Below, one piece after another: positions 9,528 through 19,192 of a stretch of DNA of 64,000 nt. The DNA is from Spirochaetales bacterium (GTDB taxonomy: Bacteria; Spirochaetota; GWE2-31-10): NCBI GenBank assembly GCA_017624275.1, contig JAGANG010000078.1, forward strand, positions 45,118-109,117, in the 5' to 3' direction. Positions within the stretch are counted from its first letter, which is position 1. Each line of letters opens with the position of its first letter. A program made the translations under genes and the position numbers. A model generated the notes under the pieces. The model was not told where the DNA came from. It made no database searches and saw only the letters and a program-made list of their open reading frames with translations.

Positions 9528-10556
9528 ATGAAAGGGATAATAAAAGTTTTTTTATTTTGTTATTTATTTTTATTTTCTTCTTTTTCTATAATAGCTCAAT
9601 CGGTGTCTATCGGAGTTGTTAATCCGTTTTTATATCAAAATTCAACAGAAACGTTGTTGATAAAAAGTAATTTAGTCTTTGAACTTTTTAGTGCTAATAA
9701 CGGAGATAAATTTCTTTTAAAAAATCTTAATTGTAACGGAAACTCATTTGAAGATTTACAACAGAATGCGTTTTATACGGCAGCAGATGAATCGTTACGA
9801 TATATTTTTATGTTTAAAACATATAATTTATATGGAAACGTAATACTTCAGGTGTACCTTTTTGATATAAATAAAAACAAAGAATTGTATAAAAAAAATT
9901 ATCCGATAGAATTTAATATAAAAATAAATGAATCAATCGCAGTAGTTGCTGAACAGATAATAACTGATGTATTACAAGTCGATTTTGAAATAGAAGAAGA
10001 TATTATAAAGCCGAAAACAGATAAAACCAAAAAGGCGGAAAAAAAGGAAAATACAGAAGTAGAGAAAGAAAGGATTGAAAATCTGTTAGATAAAGAAAAG
10101 TTTAAGCATGAACTTTTTGTATCTAATGGTTTTTTAAAAGTTAATTCTCAAACTTTAACATTAGCATCTGTTTATACCGGATATAGTTTTTATGCCAGTG
10201 ATTTTATATATATGGATGTTGGTGGATGTTTAGGTTTCGGAAAAAAAGAAGCGTGGTTTGATTTTTCTGATTGGCAATGGAATTCTTTTTATGCCGGTGG
10301 ATTTGCTGGATTTCATTTTTATTTGAAAGGATGGTTTGAACCTAATATTGGCGGTAAAGTTGAAATATTATACAACAGCAATGAAAATGTTTTTTTATCG
10401 ATACCTTTTGAAATTGGATTGAAAATACATTTGGCTAAAAGGCATGTTTTACGAATATCCGGAGTATTTCCGATAATGTCTTTAAATTTAACAGATTATC
10501 AATGGGATAATCAATTAACATTAGGTTTTTTAATAGGTTATGGTGTTAAATTATAG
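9528..10556 (+). CDS. hypothetical secreted/outer-membrane protein
   Basis: 342 aa, N-terminal signal peptide. C-terminal half is rich in alternating aromatic/hydrophobic residues, suggesting a beta-barrel. Confidence 0.55.
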   Translation: MKGIIKVFLFCYLFLFSSFSIIAQSVSIGVVNPFLYQNSTETLLIKSNLVFELFSANNGDKFLLKNLNCNGNSFEDLQQNAFYTAADESLRYIFMFKTYNLYGNVILQVYLFDINKNKELYKKNYPIEFNIKINESIAVVAEQIITDVLQVDFEIEEDIIKPKTDKTKKAEKKENTEVEKERIENLLDKEKFKHELFVSNGFLKVNSQTLTLASVYTGYSFYASDFIYMDVGGCLGFGKKEAWFDFSDWQWNSFYAGGFAGFHFYLKGWFEPNIGGKVEILYNSNENVFLSIPFEIGLKIHLAKRHVLRISGVFPIMSLNLTDYQWDNQLTLGFLIGYGVKL

Positions 10557-11568
10557 AAAAATTTTATTAATTATTATGTTTTTTATTACTTATTCACTTT
10601 ATGGGGACAATAAGAAAATATCTCTTTTTTATGAAAAAGGAGATAATAGCACAGACGAAGAATGTTCTATTATCATGTATATTTTTAATTGCATTGAAAG
10701 TGAAAATCCTATTAAAGAATGTCAGTTTTATTGTGATTATACTTTTGAAGCAATTCCTATAGAAAGACGTGTTTTACTAAATAAAAATAATGCCTTTTAT
10801 ATTTTGCATTTTGAAGAAAAGAATATGATATTTGATATTTATGATGAAAGTGGGAAGAGACTTTCATCTTCAAGTTTTGATTTAGAATCATGTTCTTCTT
10901 TAGATGATTTAAATCTTATAAAAGAAAAAATCTATGATCAAATAGCAAGTGATGTTTTATTAATACCGGATAAAGATGTATTGTTAAATCAAATAAAGCC
11001 AGAAACGAAAGTAAAAAATTATAATCAAGACAAAAAAAATAATCATGATTTTCCATATATAAGCCTTTCGTTAAGCGGTTTATCTTTTCACTTATATTAT
11101 GAGGATTTAAATAATTTTTCTATTTTTCCAATAAATTTATCGTTGTCATTTTATCCGTTTAGATACATGGAGATAAATTTATTCTATAACTTGTCTTATA
11201 AAGATTTTTATTTTGATTTTAGTTCAGCAGAAATGTCTCCGTTTACACAATTTTACGGGATGTCAGTAGGTTTTTCTTTTTTCTATAAGTTAGGTCATTA
11301 TTCTTTTGGATTAAGTTTTTATAATATTTCATCATTTGTAGAATATAAAAATACTTTAAAAAGTGTTCAATCTTATTTCTTGCCGCAATTTTCTTTTTAT
11401 CAAAGGTTAGACATAAAATTATATAAAATGATTTACTATACTATGCTTATAAATTTTCATACAGTGCAAAAATATTCAAATATTGACAATGAATGGAACG
11501 GAAAAATATTTGATTATGATTTGCCGCAACTCGATGTGTCGCTGCTTGGTATTTCAGTATTTTTTTAA
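10540..11568 (+). CDS. hypothetical membrane-associated protein
   Basis: 342 aa, N-terminal hydrophobic segment, Phe/Tyr-rich C-terminal half. Overlaps the previous ORF by 17 nt. Possible paralog of the upstream gene. Confidence 0.5.
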   Translation: MVLNYRKILLIIMFFITYSLYGDNKKISLFYEKGDNSTDEECSIIMYIFNCIESENPIKECQFYCDYTFEAIPIERRVLLNKNNAFYILHFEEKNMIFDIYDESGKRLSSSSFDLESCSSLDDLNLIKEKIYDQIASDVLLIPDKDVLLNQIKPETKVKNYNQDKKNNHDFPYISLSLSGLSFHLYYEDLNNFSIFPINLSLSFYPFRYMEINLFYNLSYKDFYFDFSSAEMSPFTQFYGMSVGFSFFYKLGHYSFGLSFYNISSFVEYKNTLKSVQSYFLPQFSFYQRLDIKLYKMIYYTMLINFHTVQKYSNIDNEWNGKIFDYDLPQLDVSLLGISVFF

Positions 11569-11674
11569 ATTGTAAATATCCAAAGATATAGTACATTTCT
11601 TTTTTATTTTAGAGTAGTATAATTGTTTAATTATTTGTATATTTCTTTTATAAACAAAATGAGGAGTTTTCTTT

Positions 11675-12373
11675 ATGGTGAAAAAAAAGATTTTAATTGT
11701 TGATGATGATAAGAAGTTGACTGATATTGTGCAAAAATATTTTATTCAATATGAGTTCAATGTTGTAATTATAAATGATGGAAAAGATGTTGATCAAGTT
11801 GTAGATACAGAAAAACCAGATATTATTTTATTAGATATAATGTTACCAGGAAAAAATGGTTTGGATTTGTTAAAAGATTTGCAAAAGAAAGTTGATGTTC
11901 CTATTATAATGCTGACAGCAAAAGGTGAAGAAATTGATAAAATAATAGGTTTAGAATTAGGTGCAGATGACTATATAACAAAACCTTTTTCAATAAGAGA
12001 ATTAAGTGCAAGAATAAGAAGTGTTTTAAGACGTTCTGCAAGTACACCTTTTGATTATACTCAAAAGAAAGAATTAGTTTTCGGTAATCTTGTAATTAAT
12101 GCAGACAAAAGAATGTTGATTGTTGATAATAATGAAATGGAATTAACAAAAACAGAATTTGAAATACTTTATTTATTAGCATCAAATCCTGAAAAAACTT
12201 TTACAAGAGAAGAATTATTAAAAGTAATCTCAGATAGAGATTATGAAAGTTTTGACCGTTCTGTAGATATGCATATAAGTCATTTAAGAAATAAATTGAA
12301 ACAACAAAAATCTGAAAATTGCAGTATTAGAACAGTTTGGGGTGCGGGATATAGATTTGAAGTTAAAAAATAA
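11675..12373 (+). CDS. two-component response regulator, OmpR family
   Basis: 232 aa. Receiver domain (ILIVDDD...DLxxLD..LPG) plus winged-helix trans_reg_C. Confidence 0.9.
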   Translation: MVKKKILIVDDDKKLTDIVQKYFIQYEFNVVIINDGKDVDQVVDTEKPDIILLDIMLPGKNGLDLLKDLQKKVDVPIIMLTAKGEEIDKIIGLELGADDYITKPFSIRELSARIRSVLRRSASTPFDYTQKKELVFGNLVINADKRMLIVDNNEMELTKTEFEILYLLASNPEKTFTREELLKVISDRDYESFDRSVDMHISHLRNKLKQQKSENCSIRTVWGAGYRFEVKK

Positions 12374-13748
12374 ACGTATAAAAAGTTCTTTAAGAAAAAG
12401 GATGATAAGCCTTTTTCTTACTTTACTTTGTGTACATGTAGTTTTAACAGCAGTAATATCATTTTTCACATTTAAAAAATTACTAGATTCTCAAATGGCA
12501 GGAATTGATTTTAAAACGACTGCATTAAAATCTCAAATAGAAAAATTTTATGACGGAATAGAAGAAGAACGTTATGATGTTTATGATTTATTGAGTTATA
12601 AAAAAGATAGCGGAACTAGTTTTTTGAAAAATCATGTGGAAAAAACATTTCCCGGGATGGAATTTTCTATAAATAGCGTAGAAGGAGATATTGTTTATAA
12701 AGAGTTTCCTAAGCTAATATATAGAAATGAAACCAAAAGTTATTTATTTGAAATTAAAAGGCAAATAAGTTTTAAATCTAATTTGCCTTTTAAATCTATT
12801 GAATTATCAATTAAATTAAATTTTTTCAAAATAATATTTCAAAGCCTTTTAATAAGTTCTGTTATTTCGGCATTATTTATATTACCTTTTTTAGTTTTTT
12901 ATATAAATAGTGCAATAAAACCGTTATTTGCATTAACAGAAGCTACAGAGCAAATAGCTGTGGGTAAATATGGGGTAAAAGTAAGAAAGCAACCGAAAGA
13001 TGAAATAGGGCAGGTAATAAAATCTTTTAATAACATGTCTGAAGAACTCGTTAAAATGAAAGAAATCAGAGATGATTTACTTGCGACAGTCAGTCATGAA
13101 TTGCGTTCTCCTCTTGGAAGGATTCGTGGTTATACAGAATTGATGCTTGATATAAAGTTATCAGACTTAGAAGAAAAAAAGTTTTATAAATCAATATTAT
13201 CAGAAATCGATTTGTTGAATGACATGATTGGAGAAATTTTAGAAGTATCCAGATTAGAATTAAAGAAAGAGCAATTATTTCTTGAAATATTTGATATGAA
13301 ATATTTCTTTGAAATGTTGAAAAAAGACTTAGAGGTTTTGGAAAAAGCCAAAAATATAGCAATCGAATATAATTGTAATGAAAATCTCGTATGTGAAATA
13401 GATGTAGCAAAAATAAAAAGAGTTATTGTTAATATTATTCAAAATGCGATTAATGCTAAAGCAACTTCTATTATTGTTTCAATGAAAGAAAATGTTGATG
13501 ATAAAATTTGTGAAATCTCAATTGAGAATAATGGTAAAACTTTATCAGAAGATTATTTTCAACTTGTATTTGAAAAATTTTATCGTGTAGATAAAGCACG
13601 GAATAGAGAGTCCGGAGGATTTGGACTAGGACTTGCAATTTGTAAAGGTCTGGTAGAAGAACACAACGGGCGAATATTTTTCACTAAAGTGAAAGAAGGA
13701 ACTAAATTGGTAATGCAACTTCCGCTATATGAAGAAAACGAAACTTAA
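12342..13748 (+). CDS. sensor histidine kinase (HAMP-HisKA-HATPase)
   Basis: 468 aa. Two TM segments, H-box ATVSHELRSPL, N and G boxes. Overlaps the regulator gene. Start codon uncertain (GTG at 12342 or ATG at 12402). Confidence 0.85.
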   Translation: MRDIDLKLKNKRIKSSLRKRMISLFLTLLCVHVVLTAVISFFTFKKLLDSQMAGIDFKTTALKSQIEKFYDGIEEERYDVYDLLSYKKDSGTSFLKNHVEKTFPGMEFSINSVEGDIVYKEFPKLIYRNETKSYLFEIKRQISFKSNLPFKSIELSIKLNFFKIIFQSLLISSVISALFILPFLVFYINSAIKPLFALTEATEQIAVGKYGVKVRKQPKDEIGQVIKSFNNMSEELVKMKEIRDDLLATVSHELRSPLGRIRGYTELMLDIKLSDLEEKKFYKSILSEIDLLNDMIGEILEVSRLELKKEQLFLEIFDMKYFFEMLKKDLEVLEKAKNIAIEYNCNENLVCEIDVAKIKRVIVNIIQNAINAKATSIIVSMKENVDDKICEISIENNGKTLSEDYFQLVFEKFYRVDKARNRESGGFGLGLAICKGLVEEHNGRIFFTKVKEGTKLVMQLPLYEENET

Positions 13749-14338
13749 GTATATTGTTTTTGTTCTATAGCTTTTGACAAAGTGTGCTTATCAGCATATT
13801 CAAGAACCCCTCCCATAGGTAAACCGGTTGCAATTCTTGATATTTTAATATTTTGAAAAGTTGTTTTTATAAGATTTTGAAGGTATAAAAATGTAGCATC
13901 TCCTTCAATTGTAGGATTTGTAGCTACTAATATTTCTTCAAAATCTTTTTGATTTAATCTAAAAAGCAGTTCTTTTATTCTTAATTTTTCAGGAGTACGA
14001 TTTTCTAATGGATTTATTGTTCCGCCTAAAATATGATAAAAACCTGAAAAGACTCCGGTTTCCTCTATAGCTATCATATCTTTTTGTTCTTCAACAATAC
14101 ATAATATCTTACTATTTCTACTGTCGGATGAACAAATAGAGCATTTATCCGAATTGATAATAAAACAACCGCAATCAGAACAAAATTTGATGTTATCTTT
14201 TATATATGAAAGAACTTTTATAAAATCACCGGAATATTCTTTATTATTAACAAAGAAATAAGCAAGTTTAGAAGCTGTTTTTTTCCCGAGTCCCGGCAAT
14301 CGACTTAAAATAGCAATTAAATCTTCTATTTGATACAT
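13745..14338 (-). CDS. recR: recombination protein RecR
   Basis: Start at MYQIEDLIAILSRLPGLGKKTA (HhH), C4 zinc finger CSDCGCF...CSIC, Toprim domain. Its stop codon overlaps the kinase stop codon (convergent). Confidence 0.9.
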   Translation of the reverse strand: MYQIEDLIAILSRLPGLGKKTASKLAYFFVNNKEYSGDFIKVLSYIKDNIKFCSDCGCFIINSDKCSICSSDSRNSKILCIVEEQKDMIAIEETGVFSGFYHILGGTINPLENRTPEKLRIKELLFRLNQKDFEEILVATNPTIEGDATFLYLQNLIKTTFQNIKISRIATGLPMGGVLEYADKHTLSKAIEQKQYT

Positions 14339-14339
14339 A

Positions 14340-14654
14340 TTACTTTCCAAGAATTGAAGAAAAATCACCCAAAGAACTGCCAAAATCATTTTGGATTTTA
14401 TTCTTCATTTTTTCGCAGGCATCGTTTTGAGCACAAATTATTAAGTCTTTAAAAGTTTCTAAATCTTCAGTTATATATTTATTATTTTCATAAGCGATAT
14501 CAAGTATATTAAATTTCCCATTAATTTTAACCTTAACAAAACCACCGCCGGCTTCTCCGGTAACTTCATAAGTTTCTATTTTACTTTTCATTTCATCAGC
14601 TTTTTCTTTCAAAGAGTTAATATTAAAATTTTTTAACAAATCAAACGGTGACAT
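14340..14654 (-). CDS. ybaB: nucleoid-associated protein YbaB/EbfC
   Basis: 104 aa, YbaB family. Conserved dnaX-ybaB-recR order. Its stop is 1 nt before the recR ATG. Confidence 0.85.
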   Translation of the reverse strand: MSPFDLLKNFNINSLKEKADEMKSKIETYEVTGEAGGGFVKVKINGKFNILDIAYENNKYITEDLETFKDLIICAQNDACEKMKNKIQNDFGSSLGDFSSILGK

Positions 14655-14667
14655 TTCATTCTCCTTT

Positions 14668-16182
14668 TTATCTATATTCAGTACATGAAAAAATTTCTTT
14701 TAAGTTCTTTTTATTTATTTCGTAATCAGAAACAGTTTCTTTTTTTTCTGAGATTATTTCATTTTCAACAGGGGAAGAATTAGTAGAATCAATTTCTTTT
14801 TTAATCTCACTTTTTATAGAAACAGAAACTTCATTATTTTTTTTATCAGGTTTTATTACATTTTCAATTTTAGATTGAGATAAATCTTCATTTGGTATTA
14901 CTTCTTCTTTAATAACAGGAACAGTATTTTCAGAAGTAATATTATTTACTTTATTATCAGAAGATTTTTCTTGAACTTTATTGATTGTCGTTTGTTCTGT
15001 TTTACTGATTTCAACTTTTGGAACTTCAGTTAATTTTTTTTTTTCTAAAAATGAAGTTTGAAGCATTTTTATCTGTTTTAAAAGAGTTCCTGGTCTGATG
15101 AAATCTTTATATTTTGAAAGTTTAACCAGAAAGAATTCCAATTCAATTTCTTGATTAATTGAATATTTTAACTTTTCATAAAATTGAAAAGAGAGTTCCA
15201 TAATATTTTCAATATCATAAATGGATAACTTTTCTAATATTTCAGGTGAATAATAATTTGAATTACTTTTTATATCACCGGAAGAAATTTGGGATTTTAA
15301 CAAAAGCAAATCTCTAAAAAAAGAAATAATATCAGCAAGAATTTGTTCTATACGACAACCGGAACTAATCAAAGTTTCTAATTTAATATGAATATCCATA
15401 ATTTGTTCATTTAAAATAGAAGAAACTAATTGAGAAATTTGTTCCTTTCCGGCAAGCCCGAGTTTAGACTGAATCTTTTCAAGAGTTATCTCATTTCCAC
15501 AGAATGAAATAATTTGATCTAACAGCGTATAAGCATCACGCAGTGAACCTTTTCCTTCCTTTGCAATCCATTTAACACCATCATCATCGAATGCAATATT
15601 TTTATCAGTAAGGATTCTTTTAATATTATTTTCGATAATAGATGTAGGAATCAGTCGAAGATTAAACTGCTGACAGCGTGATTTTATAGTTGCCGGAACT
15701 TCATTTAATTCTGTAGTAGCAAAAATAAAAACAACATGTTCAGGAGGTTCTTCAATAGTTTTAAGAAGTGCATTAAAGGCACTTTTTGAAAGCATATGAA
15801 CTTCATCTATAATATAAATCTTATATTTTGCAGCAGCCGGTAAATATTGTATCTCTTCTTGAATCGTTTTAATGTTATTTATACTTGTATTTGAAGCACC
15901 ATCTATTTCAATAACATCACTATTAGTACCTTCTTTAATACTGATACATTGCGGACATTCATTACAAGGTTCTCCGGTAGGCCCGTGAATACAATTTAAA
16001 CCTTTGGCAATTAAACGAGCAGTAGTAGTTTTACCGACACCACGAGGACCGCTAAGTAAAAAGGCATTTGCAATTTTATGAGAGTTTAAAGAATTCTTAA
16101 TAGCAGTCGAGACAAAATCTTGTCCGACAAGAGAAGAAAAATTTTGTGGTCTATATTCAGTAGCTGTTGCTGTATGTGCCAT
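14668..16182 (-). CDS. dnaX: DNA polymerase III subunits gamma/tau
   Basis: 504 aa. AAA+ clamp-loader Walker A GPRGVGKTT, zinc module CNECPQC, SRC motif. Confidence 0.92.
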   Translation of the reverse strand: MAHTATATEYRPQNFSSLVGQDFVSTAIKNSLNSHKIANAFLLSGPRGVGKTTTARLIAKGLNCIHGPTGEPCNECPQCISIKEGTNSDVIEIDGASNTSINNIKTIQEEIQYLPAAAKYKIYIIDEVHMLSKSAFNALLKTIEEPPEHVVFIFATTELNEVPATIKSRCQQFNLRLIPTSIIENNIKRILTDKNIAFDDDGVKWIAKEGKGSLRDAYTLLDQIISFCGNEITLEKIQSKLGLAGKEQISQLVSSILNEQIMDIHIKLETLISSGCRIEQILADIISFFRDLLLLKSQISSGDIKSNSNYYSPEILEKLSIYDIENIMELSFQFYEKLKYSINQEIELEFFLVKLSKYKDFIRPGTLLKQIKMLQTSFLEKKKLTEVPKVEISKTEQTTINKVQEKSSDNKVNNITSENTVPVIKEEVIPNEDLSQSKIENVIKPDKKNNEVSVSIKSEIKKEIDSTNSSPVENEIISEKKETVSDYEINKKNLKEIFSCTEYR

Positions 16183-16204
16183 ATTTTCGACCTATTTTAA
16201 TGTT

Positions 16205-16435
16205 AATATTTAATCGGATAATAAAAAGCCCCTTTACACTCAAAACCGATTACACGCATAAATCTAAAAGGTACCGTTGCTATCTTCCGATCCTGGCGGG
16301 GTTAGTTTCATCATTATCGTATAGAGTCCTGAATTAAAAGAGGCAATTGAGGAATGAGGAATTGAACCTACGTATATCTTTTAGATATGTCAAATCGACC
16401 GATTAACCTTTCTCGCATTTCCCCATAAAAATGAG
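16205..16435 (-). ncRNA. ffs: candidate signal recognition particle RNA (ffs), long form with tRNA-like 5' portion
   Basis: On the minus strand the segment CCGCCAGGAUCGGAAGAUAGCAACGG resembles SRP RNA domain IV (consensus CCAGG..UCCGGAAGGAAGCAGC) with a GGAA tetraloop, compensatory closing pairs and the AGCA loop. The locus sits immediately upstream of dnaX, the conserved ffs position. An adjacent GGTTCAATTCC T-loop-like element may be an Alu-like domain. Boundaries are approximate. Confidence 0.35.
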
Positions 16436-16505
16436 CCAGAGAGGATTCGAACCTCCGACCTTTAGATCCGCAATCTAAAACTCTATCCAGCTGAGCTACT
16501 GGCTC
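16432..16505 (-). tRNA. tRNA-Arg (anticodon GCG as read)
   Basis: Cloverleaf with acceptor GAGCCAG/CTGGCTC, D-loop GCTCAGCTGGATAGAG, T-loop GGTTCGAATCC. Anticodon loop UUGCGGA. No CCA encoded. Confidence 0.8.
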
Positions 16506-16511
16506 GCTCTT

Positions 16512-16598
16512 CGGAAAGTGGGGGATTCGAACCCCCGATACGCACTAACGTATACACGCTTTCCAAGCGTGCACATTCGACCACTCTGACAACTTTCC
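16512..16598 (-). tRNA. tRNA-Ser (GGA)
   Basis: 87 nt, long variable arm, anticodon loop UUGGAAA, T-loop GGTTCGAATCC, acceptor GGAAAGT/ACTTTCC. Confidence 0.85.
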
Positions 16599-16605
16599 AG
16601 TGGAT

Positions 16606-16694
16606 CGGAGAGGAAGGGATTCGAACCCTTGGATCGGGGTAAGCCGATCAACTCCTTAGCAGGGAGCCCGATTCGACCACTCTCGCACCTCTCC
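16606..16694 (-). tRNA. tRNA-Ser (GCU)
   Basis: 89 nt, long variable arm, anticodon loop CUGCUAA, acceptor GGAGAGG/CCTCTCC. Confidence 0.85.
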
Positions 16695-16707
16695 TGTAAA
16701 TAAAAAA

Positions 16708-16794
16708 CGGAGAGCTAGGGATTCGAACCCCAGGTAGCCTCGCGACTACAACGGTTTTCAAGACCGCCTCTTTCAACCACTCAGACAGCTCTCC
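16708..16794 (-). tRNA. tRNA-Ser (UGA)
   Basis: 87 nt, long variable arm, anticodon loop CUUGAAA, acceptor GGAGAGC/GCTCTCC. Confidence 0.85.
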
Positions 16795-17108
16795 AATAGG
16801 TAATGATGAGTATTTAACCTTTTATTTTTTTTTTGTCAATAAAAAAAGATTATTTTTCTTAATAAGATTTATGAAGGGCAAGAATATTCCTGCAATTTAT
16901 CCCCAAAATTAACTTTTTCTCCGGTTGAGTCAGCAAATTTAGTTTAGGCTAAAACACCGTTTAAATAGCATTTCACGAGGCAAAATAAAAAAACTTCAAT
17001 TTTTTTCGTCAAACATGCAATGAAAAAGAAGAAAAGTTCTTTATATATAACGGAGAAATAATTGTTTTTGCACTACAAAAGCAAATTATTGTTTCCTAAT
17101 TTATATTT

Positions 17109-18059
17109 ATGGGAAAAATTATGACAAAAGAAAAAACAAATCATAATTACAAGGACTCGGTCTTTGTTGACCTGTTTGCACACGATGTGACAGCGAAAGA
17201 GAATTTCATTTCGCTCTACAACGCTTTACACGGTACGAATCTTGACGCAAAGACAACGGATGTTCAGCCGGTGATGTTAGAACGTGTACTTTACATGAAG
17301 TATTACAACGATATTGCCATGCTCATTGACGGTAAGATTGTGATTCTGATTGAACATCAATCGACAATCAATCAAAATATGCCCTTTCGGTTTCTGGAAT
17401 ACATCGCAAGAATTTATGAGAAAATCACCACAAAAGACGAGAAGTTCGGGCGTAAATTGGTGAAGTTGCCGATTCCGGAATTCTACGTTTTTTACAACGG
17501 AAAGGACGATTATCCGACAGAAAGTGTGATGAAATTGTCCGACGCATTCATGCAACTTGACGGCGAGTTGAAAAATCAGCTTGAAAATGCAAATTATCCG
17601 CTTGAAATATCCGTGAAAGTAGTTAATATTAACATGGATAAGGAAAACCCGATTTTGAAGCGTTGCGAGACATTAAAGCAATATTCAAAATTTATTGAAC
17701 AGGTGCGTTACAATATTGAGAATGTTGTTCCTGAGCCGTTTACGACTGCGATAAAAGAGGCAATCAAGAAAGGTTTTCTTTCTGATTATTTGAACCGAAA
17801 ATCAACGGAGGTACAAAATATGTTACTAGCAGAATATGATTATGATACAGACATTGCTGTTCAACGAAAAGAAGCCTTTGAAGATGGTATCGCAATCGGT
17901 GAAAAAGTAGGTGAAGAGCGTGGCATTTCTATCGGTTTGTCGCAGGGTGCACATCAAAAAGCTATTGAAACAGCTAGAAATGCATTAACAATGAATTTAT
18001 CTATAGAACAAGTTGCTACTCTTACCGGGCTAGCACCTGAGGAAATCGAAAAGCTTTAA
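17109..18059 (+). CDS. Rpn-family recombination-promoting nuclease / putative transposase (TIGR01784-like)
   Basis: 316 aa. N-terminal PD-(D/E)XK-like nuclease region and C-terminal repetitive tail (DGIAIGEKVGEERGISIG) typical of the multi-copy Rpn/YhgA family described in Treponema. Confidence 0.75.
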   Translation: MGKIMTKEKTNHNYKDSVFVDLFAHDVTAKENFISLYNALHGTNLDAKTTDVQPVMLERVLYMKYYNDIAMLIDGKIVILIEHQSTINQNMPFRFLEYIARIYEKITTKDEKFGRKLVKLPIPEFYVFYNGKDDYPTESVMKLSDAFMQLDGELKNQLENANYPLEISVKVVNINMDKENPILKRCETLKQYSKFIEQVRYNIENVVPEPFTTAIKEAIKKGFLSDYLNRKSTEVQNMLLAEYDYDTDIAVQRKEAFEDGIAIGEKVGEERGISIGLSQGAHQKAIETARNALTMNLSIEQVATLTGLAPEEIEKL

Positions 18060-19190
18060 AACAATAAAGGAAAACATAGATTCCAAAACAAGTTCGGAAG
18101 ACAGGAGCCATACGGATTGGTTCGACAAGCTTACGCTCGGTATTGAACTACCAAATGTTTTAGCGTCTTTTTCTCTTGGGAGTTATAGAGGGTATTCTCT
18201 TTTCATCGCAAAAAAGAGAATACCCTCTAACTTTTACCAACTTTGAACCAAAGTTGCATTTTGAGGCGGACTTGTCCGCAAATTGTCTTTAAACCCGGCG
18301 ACAGCCGAAGCCTTAAACAACAAAAACGCTTCAATGTCGGCTATGCCGACAAATAAAGCTCCAAACCTGCAAAGGTTTATAAAACTTTAAACCAAAGTTG
18401 GCATTTTAACGCCGGGCTACCCCGGCAAAACGTAGAATAACCGAGCGTAAGCCCACTTTCTATTAAAGTTTAGTTTTATGGCGGCGTGCCGAGGAATGGG
18501 GAGGTCATAGGAGGGGAAAACCTGCGGCCTTGCAAAGAGCCGGTGTTCCCCTCCTAAAGATTACACGTTTTGAACCCAAAACGATCTTTAAATGTCGGCT
18601 ATGCCGACAAATAAAGCTCCAAACCTGCAAAGGTTTATAAAACTTTAAACCAAAGTTTGCATTTTAAATGCCGGTATCGCCGGCGAATTGCCACACGGAT
18701 TCGAAATGTCTAACGACATTTCATGAAGTGAAAAAAGTAAGAATAAACTACAAATGTCAGAAGCGTTCTTTTCTTTTAGGGGTATAAGGGGAACTTTTCT
18801 TTTTATCGCAAAAAAGAAAAGCTCCCCTTTAATATTCGTTGTTCTTAGAACAACAAAAACGCTTTAGGGCAGGCTTGTCCGGCAAAACCGATTAAAACCA
18901 AAATGGTTTTATAAAGTTTTGAACCCAAAACGATTTTTTAATGCCTGCCGTCGGCAGGCAAAAGGAACTTTAAACCCAAGTGGGTTTATAAAACTTTGAA
19001 CTAAAGTTGTATTAAAAATGCCTGCCGAAGGCAGGCAAAACGTAGAATATCCGAGCGTAAGCCCTCTACTCCACTGTGGAGAACATCTAAAGTATAATCA
19101 TAGAATTGACAGTTTTTTTTTTTTTTTTACATTCTCTTTGCTTTTCCCCAGCCTTTACTATACTCAAGGGAGAAAAGCGAGGAGTTTAAA
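18060..19190. repeat. mosaic of short repeat and hairpin families
   Basis: Contains a 17-bp-stem hairpin (agagggtattctctttt...aaaagagaataccctct), palindrome arrays (aaactttgaaccaaagtt / gcattttaaatgc / gccggcatcgccggc / tgtcggctatgccgaca), a GGAGGGGAA...TTCCCCTCC hairpin and a ccgagcgtaagccc motif. All recur elsewhere in 18-28 kb in both orientations. Confidence 0.8.
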
Positions 19191-19192
19191 AT

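Noticed and set aside
16358-16430. A fifth tRNA gene next to tRNA-Arg
   Set aside because: A T-loop-like GGTTCAATTCC is present, but no 7-bp acceptor pairing or proper D and anticodon arms could be drawn by eye. It is kept only as a tRNA-like fragment, possibly part of the SRP RNA candidate.
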